Shown one piece after another: positions 38,301 through 50,200 of a stretch of 64,000 nucleotides of DNA. A program made the translations under genes and the position numbers. Within the stretch, counting starts at the first letter, position 1, and each line of letters begins with the position of its first letter. The DNA comes from a virus. The notes under the pieces are model-generated. The model was not told where the DNA came from, did not search any database, and saw only the letters and a list, made by a program, of their open reading frames with translations. Location of the stretch: the IMG/VR virus record IMGVR_UViG_3300021378_000021, positions 3,005 to 67,004 of that record, one strand, 5' to 3'.

Positions 38301-41300
38301 TGACTATATGAAGTTGGTAGGTTTTCAGACCTTATATAAGGATTGATATTGTATGTTCTTGATGGAGAATTAAAAGATCCTTCTTTATGATTTGATGTTG
38401 CAAGTCTAAACCGACCTGTTTCTTGTCCACCTTTATATACTTTTACTGTTTCACCTGACGTAAATGATCCTTGTAAAGTGCCAGATGTCTCTAAAGATGT
38501 GCTATTAGCAATTTCTATGAGTTTCGGTATAAAATCTACATTACTATGATTATCTAAGAACTGATAATGTCTTGTTAAAGGTTTCAGTGATCTTCCGAAG
38601 AAAGAAACATTTCTAGATCTAATATACTGCTCATCACCACTTGAGATTAGAACATCTCTGGATCGTACATCAACTCTAGTTCTAGAAGTTGTTGAAGTCT
38701 GTGTTCTAGAGTTTGTACTACTTCTCCAGTCTGTTCGATCGACTCTGGCCCGATTTACGAACCCTCCACTCAAGTTAGGACCTACTCGTCCCCAAACACG
38801 TTCCCGTGTAACCACTAATCCGTTTATTGCACCGGATAGTGGTATTGATACTGTATTTCTAACAGTGTTAGTAACAACATTAGTAGTTCTTCTTGTTATA
38901 TTCTGTACAGAAGGGGGAATATAAATGGTTCTAATCCAAAAATCATTTTCTGGAGATAATTTTACATTTCCAACATACTCTATAACATGGAATGGATTAA
39001 CATTTTCAACACGAGTAGCAAGTGGTTGCTCCAACCAACCGATAGAATCATATTTTAGAGTAACAACATTTCCAGTTTTTTGAATATTTGGGTCTAATAA
39101 CTCAAAGTTAGTTGTCAAATCCAAATCTTCTTCGGAAATTTCTGAAGAAGGTAAAACTCTTTGTCTTAAAGAATTAGAAAGAAGTCTTGGTCTCAATTGA
39201 CCTTCACTAATATCTGCTGATGTTAGATTTTGATCACTGTTCGTTTGATCAACAAAATTATCTACAAAGAAACCAGACTTAAATCTATTATTACCATCTT
39301 CATCTTCAATACGCAATGCTTCAGTACTCACCTCTAATAAACTTAAAGATGTGACTCTTTCCAAGTTTTCTATTCTATCTTCAAGTTGACCAATATCCCT
39401 CATAGTATATCTTCTATTATCAACCAAATTAATAGAAACATCATCAGGATCATAAAGATATGGTGGAAGTATAATGGTTGCCAATTCCATCAAACTTTGA
39501 TCATTACTTGGAGATGCTTTTGGATCTTTTGCCGAAACACCTTTACTAACGATAAGATTTTCAAATTTATCAAGATATAATTTATCAATTCTTGGGAGAT
39601 AAAAATCAAACCCAATCAGTGAACTTTCTCCAGGTTTTAAGTTATAATCTGTAGTAAATGTTCTTGAACTAAAATCAAATGGTGAAGCAGTTGTTGAAGA
39701 ATAATCAACAACTCTTGGTCTAAAGTCTAATGTATCAGAAGCTCTAACATCATTAGGTCCAATTGTAGGAATATCATTTAAAAATCTATCATCATCATAA
39801 CTTAAAACCGTAAATACATCTCCAGTGTCTGATGCAGGAACTATATAATGATCATAGACAACTAACAATCTCTTAGATGGTTCTGAATCTGTTGTTCTGA
39901 TTAATCTTGAATAATCATAATATTCATTTTTTTGTCCACCATCAAGAACAAAATTGTCTGTTACGTTATTATACTTTCCTAATGTAATAGACTGAACGGT
40001 AGAAATAATATTAGATTCTTTGAATGTTACAGTTTCTCCAGCAGTAAAAGTATTTTGATTTAGATAAACTACACCTAATTTATTGGCACCACCTGATGAT
40101 GGTGAGGAACTATTATTTGTTACGACTCTTCCAACTGCTCCACTCTCAGAACCAATGATATTTTCTCCAATAATAGCATCTGTTCCAACATTGGATATTG
40201 AAGAGAATTCAATTGCATCTAGTGTAGGATCTGCAGTATTCGTTGATTCATATACTACAAGAACTTTTGCTACATCAGGAACATTTAATGAAATTTGATC
40301 ATCTTGAACTCTGAGTCCATAATATGGATTATATGTTAGTCCATCATTGATTGATATGCTAGATGCAGATCCAGATTGTGCTAATTTTGAAAGATTGACT
40401 ACTTCTATTGCACTTCTAGTAAATTTTTTAATTTTACTTTGAATTCCATTCTTCTTCAGTGTTACATTTACAACTATATTTGATTGACCAGAGGTTAATC
40501 CTTCAATTTCGACTCCAGTTCCCCCTCCAGTAAGAGTAAACGCATCAGAAGTTACTGTTCCAATTCCACCCCCAGTATAATGAACGGAATATCTTTCCTG
40601 ATCAAATGACTCATAAAATGCGCTTGTAATGCCGGTTGGTAGTCCAAATACTAAATCACCAGAACCATCAGTTGCTTCTCCAGTTATTTGATTTGTTATT
40701 AATAACTGAGAACCTGAGAGATCAACAGAGGAAATATTAGATTCTGGAAGATTTGCATAAAGAAATCCATTTTCACTATTTTTTATTTCTGCTACTCTAA
40801 GATTTGCCGTATAATTGCCATTAGAAATTGCGGTTCCAGTAAATACTCCACTAACACTAGAAATACTAGCAATAGTCAGTGATGCCAAATCTGAAGAAAT
40901 TGCTGTAACTCTATTATACCTTAAACCACTTCCTTCTACGACACTAATTACATCATTCACTTTGACTCCAGAGAATAATTTTCCTGGACTTGTTACGGTT
41001 GTTCCATTAACATTAACTTCCGAAATTCCATTAGAGAACTTTTTAGAACTTAATACTGCATCTGCATTAAAATCTGGAAATCCTGATACACTAGTTTTCT
41101 TAACAGATTTTAATTGATTAATATTATTTTGAACAAAACTCTTAATTGTTAATGCAGTCTCAACTCCGTTAACAATCAATTTTTCTCCAGTTACAAACGT
41201 TCCCGAAGTTTGACTGAGATTTAACGGTCCAACACCACCAGCGACAACAAAACCACTCGCACCACTACTCTTTCCTTTTATAAAAGAAGATGTTGGAATT

Positions 41301-42712
41301 TGATCTGCGGTTACACCTACATTAAAGGTTATATTTGTATAAGTTTGAATATCATAAAGATATAAATCCCATTGAGTTGCTGCACCAGAATATGCAGCAT
41401 CAGTCAAGTTAAAGGTATATACTCTCGCAGCACCAATTATCGACCCCCCTCCACCAAGTTGATCATATAAATCTAAAGTTTCATTTTCTTTTGGAGCACC
41501 ACTGACATTATTAACTCTAAGTAAATGCCCCATCTCAAATGGGATATTAGCACTACTTATACTTTCAGTATCTCTTGGTTTTTCTACATCTATAGCAGTT
41601 TCTGTATCTAAAGTAACATCATAACCATCAACATATGCTCTTCCAGGACTTACCTGTAGACACATTAAATCATCCGATGGAGTATTTCCTTGTTCTGTAG
41701 TTTCTCCCTCTAAATATAAACCATCATTATCGATTTGATCATTTAACGAATTGAGTGCTTTAACACCAAACTCATCTACGGCATAATGACCAGATTCATC
41801 AAATGTTCTTTCTGCAATATAATCTCTTATTAAATTATAAACAGGTCTATTTTCGATTTTTTTAATTTTTCCTTCATCTACTCTCAATATCTCTACAAAA
41901 TCAGTATCTGTATTATTAGATATTTCTTTTTTTGTAAGTGTTAATGCTATCTTTAATCTGTCTGCTCCTGGTGCTGCAAAATTAGTGAAACCACTTGCAT
42001 TATCATATAAAGACGAATCATCCTTTGCATTTACAATCGTTTCGGATATTTTTAATCCTACTCTATACGAAGGAGTATTGGTATAATAATCTAATATAAG
42101 TGTTTGCTTAGAAACTTCTACAAATGTTCCTCTGATAAAATAAACACCATTATCAATAGATGCTGCTGAACCAACAAATGTTGCATCCTGAGAGATTAAT
42201 GATGCAAATGCGGTTCCTGCGGCAATTGTAGTATTACCATACGTGACATTTTCACTTGCAAATAACTGTTCTCCATCTTGAAATACATCTGTTTCTGCAT
42301 TATCTCCAGACTCTCCATATTTAACATAAATTGTAAGATCACTTACTAGATCACTATCAGATGTAAGGGCAACTTCTTGAATAGATGCTGTTACACCCGA
42401 AAGTTGTCCTGTAATTTTCTTTCCAATAAAATTCTTAATATAAACAGAGACATCTATACCTAAATTAACCGCATTTAATTTTACTGCAGAAAACTGATTA
42501 TCAAAAGTTACAGATCCTGGAAGAACCATAGATCCTTCTTTAAAAATATTGCCACCAAAAGACTCTACTTGGTTCTGTAAGATGGATTGAAGAGTTGTTA
42601 ATTCTCTAGCCTGAACTGGATATCCTGGTTTAAATAAAACTTTATAAAAATTTTTATCCCCATCAAAATCATCATAATATGGGCTTATATTTAAGTCTGT
42701 TTTTTGTGCCAT
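35360..42712 (-). CDS. Large virion structural protein (VrlC/DUF4815-like, 2450 aa)
   Basis: N-terminal PYYDDF...LFKPGYPVQARELTTLQSILQNQ, APGADR, RTFDESG, DPLAQSF; follows gp8. Confidence 0.85.
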   Translation of the reverse strand: MAQKTDLNISPYYDDFDGDKNFYKVLFKPGYPVQARELTTLQSILQNQVESFGGNIFKEGSMVLPGSVTFDNQFSAVKLNAVNLGIDVSVYIKNFIGKKITGQLSGVTASIQEVALTSDSDLVSDLTIYVKYGESGDNAETDVFQDGEQLFASENVTYGNTTIAAGTAFASLISQDATFVGSAASIDNGVYFIRGTFVEVSKQTLILDYYTNTPSYRVGLKISETIVNAKDDSSLYDNASGFTNFAAPGADRLKIALTLTKKEISNNTDTDFVEILRVDEGKIKKIENRPVYNLIRDYIAERTFDESGHYAVDEFGVKALNSLNDQIDNDGLYLEGETTEQGNTPSDDLMCLQVSPGRAYVDGYDVTLDTETAIDVEKPRDTESISSANIPFEMGHLLRVNNVSGAPKENETLDLYDQLGGGGSIIGAARVYTFNLTDAAYSGAATQWDLYLYDIQTYTNITFNVGVTADQIPTSSFIKGKSSGASGFVVAGGVGPLNLSQTSGTFVTGEKLIVNGVETALTIKSFVQNNINQLKSVKKTSVSGFPDFNADAVLSSKKFSNGISEVNVNGTTVTSPGKLFSGVKVNDVISVVEGSGLRYNRVTAISSDLASLTIASISSVSGVFTGTAISNGNYTANLRVAEIKNSENGFLYANLPESNISSVDLSGSQLLITNQITGEATDGSGDLVFGLPTGITSAFYESFDQERYSVHYTGGGIGTVTSDAFTLTGGGTGVEIEGLTSGQSNIVVNVTLKKNGIQSKIKKFTRSAIEVVNLSKLAQSGSASSISINDGLTYNPYYGLRVQDDQISLNVPDVAKVLVVYESTNTADPTLDAIEFSSISNVGTDAIIGENIIGSESGAVGRVVTNNSSSPSSGGANKLGVVYLNQNTFTAGETVTFKESNIISTVQSITLGKYNNVTDNFVLDGGQKNEYYDYSRLIRTTDSEPSKRLLVVYDHYIVPASDTGDVFTVLSYDDDRFLNDIPTIGPNDVRASDTLDFRPRVVDYSSTTASPFDFSSRTFTTDYNLKPGESSLIGFDFYLPRIDKLYLDKFENLIVSKGVSAKDPKASPSNDQSLMELATIILPPYLYDPDDVSINLVDNRRYTMRDIGQLEDRIENLERVTSLSLLEVSTEALRIEDEDGNNRFKSGFFVDNFVDQTNSDQNLTSADISEGQLRPRLLSNSLRQRVLPSSEISEEDLDLTTNFELLDPNIQKTGNVVTLKYDSIGWLEQPLATRVENVNPFHVIEYVGNVKLSPENDFWIRTIYIPPSVQNITRRTTNVVTNTVRNTVSIPLSGAINGLVVTRERVWGRVGPNLSGGFVNRARVDRTDWRSSTNSRTQTSTTSRTRVDVRSRDVLISSGDEQYIRSRNVSFFGRSLKPLTRHYQFLDNHSNVDFIPKLIEIANSTSLETSGTLQGSFTSGETVKVYKGGQETGRFRLATSNHKEGSFNSPSRTYNINPYIRSENLPTSYSQSSKTLNIDINSLSDEAQGRFFGYVTKGAKIVGQTSGAIAYVKDLRLITDNYGDLFGSFFIKNPHTNPAPNPRLLTGKKTYLLTSSSTNTKPLPGSKLISTGQGSYSAVGTLLTRQIQTTVTTTIDTTVRRTTTITTTRREVVRARRSDPLAQSFVVGRDIDAPDLNGFSSDDKGVVLTELDIFFANKPAGSEPLEVQIRTVELGIPTLNLVGESKTLYPDQITTSATGEIATRVTFDEPKYLAPGNEYAVVLLAPTSDEYEVWIAKMGERTVNTQSLPDAEAVIYSKQFALGSLFKSQNGSIWTPTQELDLKFKLYKAKFTANTGIAHFGNPPLDQSNGYVNNLLANPVTGLPKTINLGITTSTDAATIGILTTGRKIAGSIPNSYGYIEYAGGPVSGITTTNGGVNYTTQSNRPTTNIVGNGSGLEFTIDSVDGNGAITGLTKTANGNGYEVGDVVTITSNTTGRGALISIDAINGRDTLYLTNVQGEGDSSPKAFRTGIGVSYYDTDTTIVSLASTTILSVTEGTGTNSGNYLEVSHFNHGMYANNNKLQLSGVESDISPTILTAGLLSTELNTIFVEDSSVFETFEGLPVSNSNPGYVKIGDEVISYETASSNELGTLVRGIEGKTESHEVNSKVQKYEFNGVSLRRINNVIYDISDTGIDSNGYYVEVDRSATYGVNRSADTATLPQLSFNRQFVGGGNDVYATENIQFNSLNPRFFVQAPGDSTSVSAVIRTTTGTSIDGTETSFQLLNEVEPVELNSFNNLKSTRIVCSRVNELQQPVFNNVSGRRSFTAAITLNSTDENLSPIINLENSTIEFASNYLNRPVTDFASDSRVNSILNDPHSAIYVSDTVNLSKPASSLKVILGAYRPASSDIRVLYSLVRDDSSEIEQEFELFPGYENLEATSDGGFRVVDPSLNNGKSDVKVPASSANQFLEYEFSANDLGEFSGYSIKIIMSGTDQANAPIISDLRTIALA

Positions 42713-42718
42713 CTTTTT

Positions 42719-44230
42719 TTAGAATTCCAGAATAATTTTGATGTCTTCTTTTTGTCTAGAGTCTCTCTGAACTTCGGGTCGGTTGTCAATATAAATTATA
42801 TCCCCCGTCTTTTTATTTATCTCTGGATTTGAAAGACCATTTGTAAAAGTAACTCCCAGATTAATCTGCTTATTATTAACAACTACAACACTACCGTTTA
42901 GATCTGCAATACTTGCAGAACCTCCACTAGTATTAAATTCAATGTCATTAGTAGAATTGAATGCTATTATATCTGTTGTACTGTCACTAAGTGTTTGGTC
43001 TATTTTATTTCCAAAACATAATGATCTGTCTTGATAATATTTCAAAACTTTAGTATCTTTATCAAATGATGCTACATATCCTTTTGCCCCGGACACACTT
43101 TGAGTTATTTGTTCACCAATAGTTACGTTTCTAGACTCTGATAGTCCGATACCAGAAAGAGATGAGAATGTATTCCCAGTAAAAGTTACTCCTGCTCCAG
43201 AAAATGTTTCGGGATTTTTTATAATTCCGACCTGAGCAAATTTAGTGTCTATTGGAAAATCTTTAGTTGAATCGTCGAATCTTGCATACATTAATACTTT
43301 ATCTGTTCCCAACTCCTCATAAATGTTATAACCATGACCTTTTGATGGAGGAATTATAGGTATTAATTTTGCAGTATCAGTGGGGGAAGATTTGGGTAAA
43401 TTAAGAATTCCATATGTATATCCTTTTCCGCCATTTATCACCGTGATATCGGTTATTGTACCTGCACTATCTACTACAATAGAAACTGTAGCACCACTTC
43501 CGTCACCTATGATAGATGCTACTGTGCCATTAGTATATCCAGTTCCACCATCTTCGATATATACTGCCTTTATTTGATTATTATTAGTATCAGAGTTTCC
43601 TCCTTCTCTAATAGTTTGAATACTAGAATCCGTTGTAGTCAACCAATCATTAGGAACTGTAATATATTCTGTAGAATCAAATTTAATTACATCTGATGGA
43701 GGAATACTGAATAGATATTTCCATCTATATCCATCAGACCCTGCAACAGATGGTTCTACATCAGTATGTGTTGGTTCTATTGTCGATCCTGTAACCGTAG
43801 GATTAGGTCCAGAAGAACCATTATCTATACAAATATAAACTTTAAATTCACTTGTAATAATATAATAATTTGCATCATATAATCTTACTGTTTTAGATAC
43901 GGGAGATTCATTACCTTGACGATAATCATGACGATACATGTCATAAGGAGTATTTGCAACCCATTCAACCTTTCTTATAACTCTTCTGGCATTTTCTGTA
44001 GTAATCTTTTTACCAAATAAACTAGTATCTCTATAATGAGACAAATATTGAAAATTATCTACAGGATTATTAGTTGTGCTTGTATTCCAATTGTCGGTTC
44101 TTCCAAATCCAACTGATCCCGGAGTTGGATTTGATAAACCTAAGAAAGCATAATAAGAATTATTACTGATAGACTCTACAAAAGAACCAGCATTCAATAT
44201 TCTAAATTGATCTGTTACGAATGCGGACAT
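42719..44230 (-). CDS. gp8: Baseplate wedge subunit
   Basis: YDMYRHDY, FKVYICIDNG, DGYRWKYLF, GDIIYIDNR...QKEDIKIILEF. Confidence 0.92.
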   Translation of the reverse strand: MSAFVTDQFRILNAGSFVESISNNSYYAFLGLSNPTPGSVGFGRTDNWNTSTTNNPVDNFQYLSHYRDTSLFGKKITTENARRVIRKVEWVANTPYDMYRHDYRQGNESPVSKTVRLYDANYYIITSEFKVYICIDNGSSGPNPTVTGSTIEPTHTDVEPSVAGSDGYRWKYLFSIPPSDVIKFDSTEYITVPNDWLTTTDSSIQTIREGGNSDTNNNQIKAVYIEDGGTGYTNGTVASIIGDGSGATVSIVVDSAGTITDITVINGGKGYTYGILNLPKSSPTDTAKLIPIIPPSKGHGYNIYEELGTDKVLMYARFDDSTKDFPIDTKFAQVGIIKNPETFSGAGVTFTGNTFSSLSGIGLSESRNVTIGEQITQSVSGAKGYVASFDKDTKVLKYYQDRSLCFGNKIDQTLSDSTTDIIAFNSTNDIEFNTSGGSASIADLNGSVVVVNNKQINLGVTFTNGLSNPEINKKTGDIIYIDNRPEVQRDSRQKEDIKIILEF

Positions 44231-44247
44231 ATTAATAGTTTTTTATA

Positions 44248-44255
44248 TATTTATA
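44248..44255 (-). promoter_or_regulatory. T4-type late promoter TATAAATA
   Basis: Exact motif 17 nt upstream of the gp8 ATG. Confidence 0.8.
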
Positions 44256-44274
44256 AGACAATTTTAGTTTTCAA

Positions 44275-47200
44275 TTATACTTCTCTTTTAGGTAATGCCC
44301 CAGTTTTTCTAATACCAATACCTCTTCTCTGAATTGTTGGATATGTTGTCAATCCAGATACAGTATTGCCAGTAACACCAATTGATATTGGATTTGTAGA
44401 TCTTGTTCCTCCTTCTAATAATCCCCATGAGTATTTTCCAACGGGATTTAATGTACTTCCAGTAGTTCCAAGACCAACTACATTAGAATTTGAATCTACA
44501 TTACATGTAATAATTCCAATTGTAGTTCCAGCACCCGTATTATTAGACCAAGAAGAAACATAGTAAACATTGTCCAGGAAAGTAGTTCCAATTCCAACAA
44601 CTGCAGAATTTGAATCATCAATTGAGGTGACTCCACTACCAATTTGAGTATCATAGATATAAATTGGATAACCTGTCGATAGTCCAGTAAAGTTATTACT
44701 GTCAATCAATGTAAATTGAAGTGCTAAAGGAACACCAATTCCAGATGCTGTTGTAATACCAGTTACTATTCCAGAGAAACCTTTAATATTACTAAATCCT
44801 GTAATTTTTTCAATAGATCCCAAAGATTCTGTAGAAATACCATTAATAATAACCGCATCTAATGGAGTAGAAGAATCGGTATATCCATTATCAGTTTCAT
44901 AATTAAATAATTCTATATTATCGACAAATATTTCAGTATCGGTTGTAGACACATCTTTGATAATTCTTGCAGTTGGGAAGATTAACGGTTCTAATACATC
45001 TCTTGATTTATAAACATATTGGCCATTAATTTTCTTATCTGTTTTTTGCTTAGTCCAAGATAAAGGTTTGTAATTGATTTCATCAACTCCTAATCCAGTA
45101 TATCGATTAGTTTCAAATTTATCAGAAGTAGTTATGTTGTAAACTGTTCTTTCATCTTGTGTTATTGTATTTGGATAGATATTGTTACTTATTACTTGAA
45201 CAACATCACCAGTTTCTATAGTTGGTATGATATTATCTACTAGTGTAGAATCAGTCCCATCAACACCTTTATAGAAGTATATTTCAATTTCTTCTTCTGG
45301 TAACGGTGCTCTTGTAAATGCAAATGATGTCCCACCTTCAAAGATGTAATTTTCTACTGGTTTTTGTAATACTCCATTAACAAAAATTATAAGAACATTG
45401 TTAATATTTTCTTCAATTGGAGAATTTTCTTGAGGTTCAAAACTCAGAGGTGTTGAATTATAATTAAGTGGGAATCTAGTTCTTGATCCATCTTGTAAGT
45501 TTTGAATAGAATCAATATAATCAAGTTCTCCAAATTCCCAAGCAGCAAAATTATCAGAATAAGTATCAACTACTGTAATTTCAAAATCTGATATTGGAGA
45601 AGATAGAGAACCATCAGTGACTAATCCAACAGGTTTAAATACATCACCTCTTCTGAAATTATATCCTGGTCTTGAAAATTTGACTTCAGTTACTTCGAAT
45701 AAAGTGGATCCTATTCCCGTAGATCCACCAACTTTTAAATCTACTAATAAACCATTTCCCGTATCAGTTGTTGCTCCAATTCCTAACCTAGAAACACCAA
45801 TCACTGGTAGATTTTTATATGATGGATCTGAAACGAATATTTCAGGATTACTATATCCAGTTCCTCCACCAACAACATTAAACGATAAAGTTCCTCCAAC
45901 ACCAATATTTGCCGTAATTGTTGCTGCAGCACCAGAATGTCCACTTTCATATACGGATATTCCGATAGAAACTAAACCATTATATCCAGAACCATGTCCT
46001 GTAGTTCCTAGTCCAACAGATACAATAGAACCTCCAGCACCAACAACAGCAGTCACAGAAGCACCTACAAGTGGTGCAAATCCAAGTCCAGGTGTAGATC
46101 CATATGAAACTATAATTCCACCTCTAGGAACTTCATTTGCATTAGTATCATAGTCAGAAACAAAATATTCAAGAGGAAATTCGTCCGGTCTAGTAATTCC
46201 AGAGAATTCAACAGTAGATATTCCTGCACTAGAGTCTTCTAAGATTTGATAATTAAATCTTGTTGGATTGTTATCAGTTTTGGGTGATTGGTAAATGTTA
46301 TTAATAAAAACTAGACCACTTGAACCTTCTGTTCCAATTCCTGTAGTATTTGCACCACCAACTTTTAGTGTGAATGTTCTTCCAATTCCAGTAAATTCAT
46401 CAGATAAATCATCATAAACTTTGTTATTATCATAATTAGATTTAAAAAATACTCTACCAGTAAATGATGAGGTTTCAGAATCTAAATTATTTTTTGTTTT
46501 TGCGATTTGTGGATTACCTCTTGGTGCTTCTGTGAAATAAATTTCACTATCTTCAATATTAAATGAACCTTTATGAATTCTTACTAAGGTAGAATCTGTA
46601 TGAGTTGATGCAGAAGAACCTACAAATCCTCTCTTGACTTCAACTAAATTTATACTCCCTTCATTTGTAATCGGTCCTACATTGGTTGTTCCCAATCCAA
46701 CATTAGTTACACCCATGTATTCATCATCAACTTTCAATATATCTCTTGGATTTATTGTTGAAATTCCACTTAGTGATACAATACTTGTACTATTGTTTAG
46801 AGAACCACCAACATTTCCACTCAAAGTATGTGTAATCTTAGTAGGTGCTATTGGATATTGAACCAATTCATCAACAGTTAAGATGCACTTACTGTTTTTT
46901 TCTTTCATAGTGAATCTATGAGCATTTCCTTCTCCAAAGGAAGTAAATGTTGTTCCAATTCCTGCAGCAGCTGCTGTAGTTGTTATTGCTACTTTGAAAG
47001 TATTTTCGGTTAATTTGATAGCATAAACTGTAGATGGAAGTTCTCCACCAGGAGTAACAATTGCACTAGTTCCAACACCAACGATTGTAGAGTTTGGAGT
47101 ATAGATTAATTCTTCTCCAGTTACAAAGAAGTGATTTTGAATTGTAAATATTCCAGTAGATGCATCTAATGCAGATGAATTTGGATTAAATTTCTTTGAG

Positions 47201-50200
47201 AAAATTGGAATGCCATTATCAGTTAATGTGAAACTATCTTTATTAATTCTACTAAGATTAATAGCATCATAGAATTTTTCATCAATACTTTCGGTTACAG
47301 CACCATAAGATAAATCTAAAGGTTCATTAACAACATCTACTTCAGAATAAAATAATTTACTGAATACTTCAATATCAATTTGACCTGTTTGATTTGCATC
47401 TGGGAAGAATTTAAGTATTAAATCACTTCCAGATATTTCTCCACCAAATGTTCCAATACCAGAAGCATCATCTAATTCACTATCATCATTAGATACTGAA
47501 AGGAAAGGTAATTGCTGAGTATAAGCATCAGTTCCTTCATTAATTATCATAACCTGATGAAGTGCTTTTGTAGAACCTATACTTACTTGAATTAAAGATT
47601 TTGATGCATTAAATAAAGATCTATCTAAAGTTTGAATTATTGTAGAAGAAGCACCTACTGTAGAATAATATCCAGAATCGTAAATTACGCTTCTTTCTTG
47701 ACCATCAAATTGATCCGAAGATTTAAATCTATATGTACCAATTCCAGTAGATGTTGTTCCAAATCCAACAATATTAGTTCTTATCTTAAGTTGATCAGAA
47801 GAAGTATTTTCGTGTATTAGTGATAAAACTCCACTTCCCAAGTCAGTGCAAGTGAATATACCTATTTGATTTCCTGTTGAAGAACTTAAAACATTGCTAT
47901 CAATATAATATTCTGACATGAAAGTGTTTGTCCCTGCAATAGAAACATACAATCTCACATAATTCATATCATTAGTAACAGTATTAGTTACTTGTGCATT
48001 AACATAAAGAGATTCAAAATTATTAGCATCTAAAGAAATAATTGTTGTAGTTCCAATTCCCACACTAGTATTTTCTATATCTACAGAACCTGTCAAATTG
48101 ACAAAACCTATAGACTGTGTTCCAACTCCCGATATATCTGTATTAAATATTTGCTTAATTACTTTTAGATCATAATTTGTATTCAATGCATCATTAGGAA
48201 CGAATCTTAAGAAAGTTTTTTCAGTTTCGTCTGTAAATAAGTCAAAAATACCATAATTAAATTCTTTTCCAGATATGGACTCATTTTCAACAATGACTGA
48301 TTCTAATTCATTTTTTAAAATAGTAATATCTGTTAACTGAAGTTCAGTGTCATCCTCACTAGACACTCTTAATAAGTAATTAAAATATGTTCTATTATCA
48401 AGTTCGTCTACTAATAAGTATTCAGTAAATTCTGATTCTGAATTTGAGAACTGATTTTGAAGATCATCAACTGTCAATACGTTAAGATTTGTTAATTCTG
48501 TATAATTAGTAAGTTTTTTAGTTTTTAATTTTAAAAATTTTGATTTTGAATCTACAACATCAACATCAATAACATTATCAAAATTATTAATAGTATCTAC
48601 TCTTTTCTCATCAATTACATCATAAATTATAGTAATTCCATCATTAGTAGTTGTTAAACCTGCACTCGTATTTGAAGATATTCCAGTATCTGCAAAATTT
48701 TTCAATCCACTTGTATGAACTAAACTTTCTACCGGAGATTGCTGATCTTTATATGTTATTGAACTTTTTACGGAATATGATAAATTTTGATAATAGTCAT
48801 TATCTGGAGTAACTTGAAAATCTTCACTTAATTTTCCAGTTTCAGTATCCCAACCAATATCTTTTGTGTTAGAGTATCCAACATTAAATGTTCCTTCATT
48901 TAAATTTAAAGACTTAATTGTTGCGACAGTGCCAGATTCATTTCCAGTAACAACTTCACCTATTGACAACTCATATGATCCAGAAACTTTTAAAGAATCT
49001 CCACCACTTCCTGTAACTTCCAAATCTCTTATTATCTTATTTGAAGATAAAGTTTCTCCAATGAAAAATTTGGATGGTTCTTGAACTACCTTAAAAGTAG
49101 GATAATCATTTTTATTAATTATTACTCCACTAAAATCTTGAATTGTTTTTGCAATTCCAGTATTTGTGGTGAATTCGGATACACCAATAGAGACTGTATC
49201 ATTAACTCCCGCAGTGCTATATCCCTTTACCTTAAAGAATTTGTATCCATAATCAGAAGAATTGAATCCATCTCCATCTGAACTATATTTTACAATACCT
49301 TCAATGAATACTTCATCTCCAACAGCAAATGGTGGAGTATTAAAAGTATTTCCAATACCAGGTGTTGATATTGTGCATGTGAAAAAATCCGTATTTGATG
49401 ACCCTACCTTTTCAATTGCAACACCATTATTATTATTTGTTGCAAAAACTTCTACAGTTTCATCAGGTAAACCTTTTGGTTGTATTTTAATATCTAAAGA
49501 AGAAATTGCAGATCCTGTTATTTTTGGTTCAATCAATCCAGAATTTATTACATTTCTTGTTGTGGGATTGACGAGAGTAATAAATGGTGGAGATACATAA
49601 CCTTCACCTCCACTAACTATTGATATCTGACTTAATGCATTTGAATCTTTTGTTACAATGTTGGGAGAAACATTGACCTTAGGTCTTAAAGTTTTATCTG
49701 AAGAATAAGTAAATCTGTTATTGATGACTCTACTTTCTTTTATAGATCCTACATTTATTGATTTTGCATTTGCAATTAAATCTATTCCAGAAACAGAGTT
49801 TGTAGATTTTAAAGAAGGTAATTTTTTATATCCAGTTCCTGAAGATATAATACTTAAAGATTTAACTGGACCAGATGGAGAAGTTGATGTCGTTGAGTAA
49901 TCTAATGTATCACATTCGGTTGAACCATAAGAAAGTTTTTCTGGTTTTTTGTCAAGATTTACATTGAACGTTGTTGCTGCAACACCACTAATAACATATG
50001 AATTGTTATAATCACTATCAATATACTTAATACTTGAATAGTTATTAACATCAGTATCGGATTTAACTAATACTCCATCTTTTTCTAAGGTATAGAATAA
50101 TTCATCAATTTGTGAGTTGTAATCTAATGTAAGAGTTGCTGTAGATGTTACTCCAACAGTTCCTACTCCAGATACACTGAAAGTATTTGTAGAGCCAGTA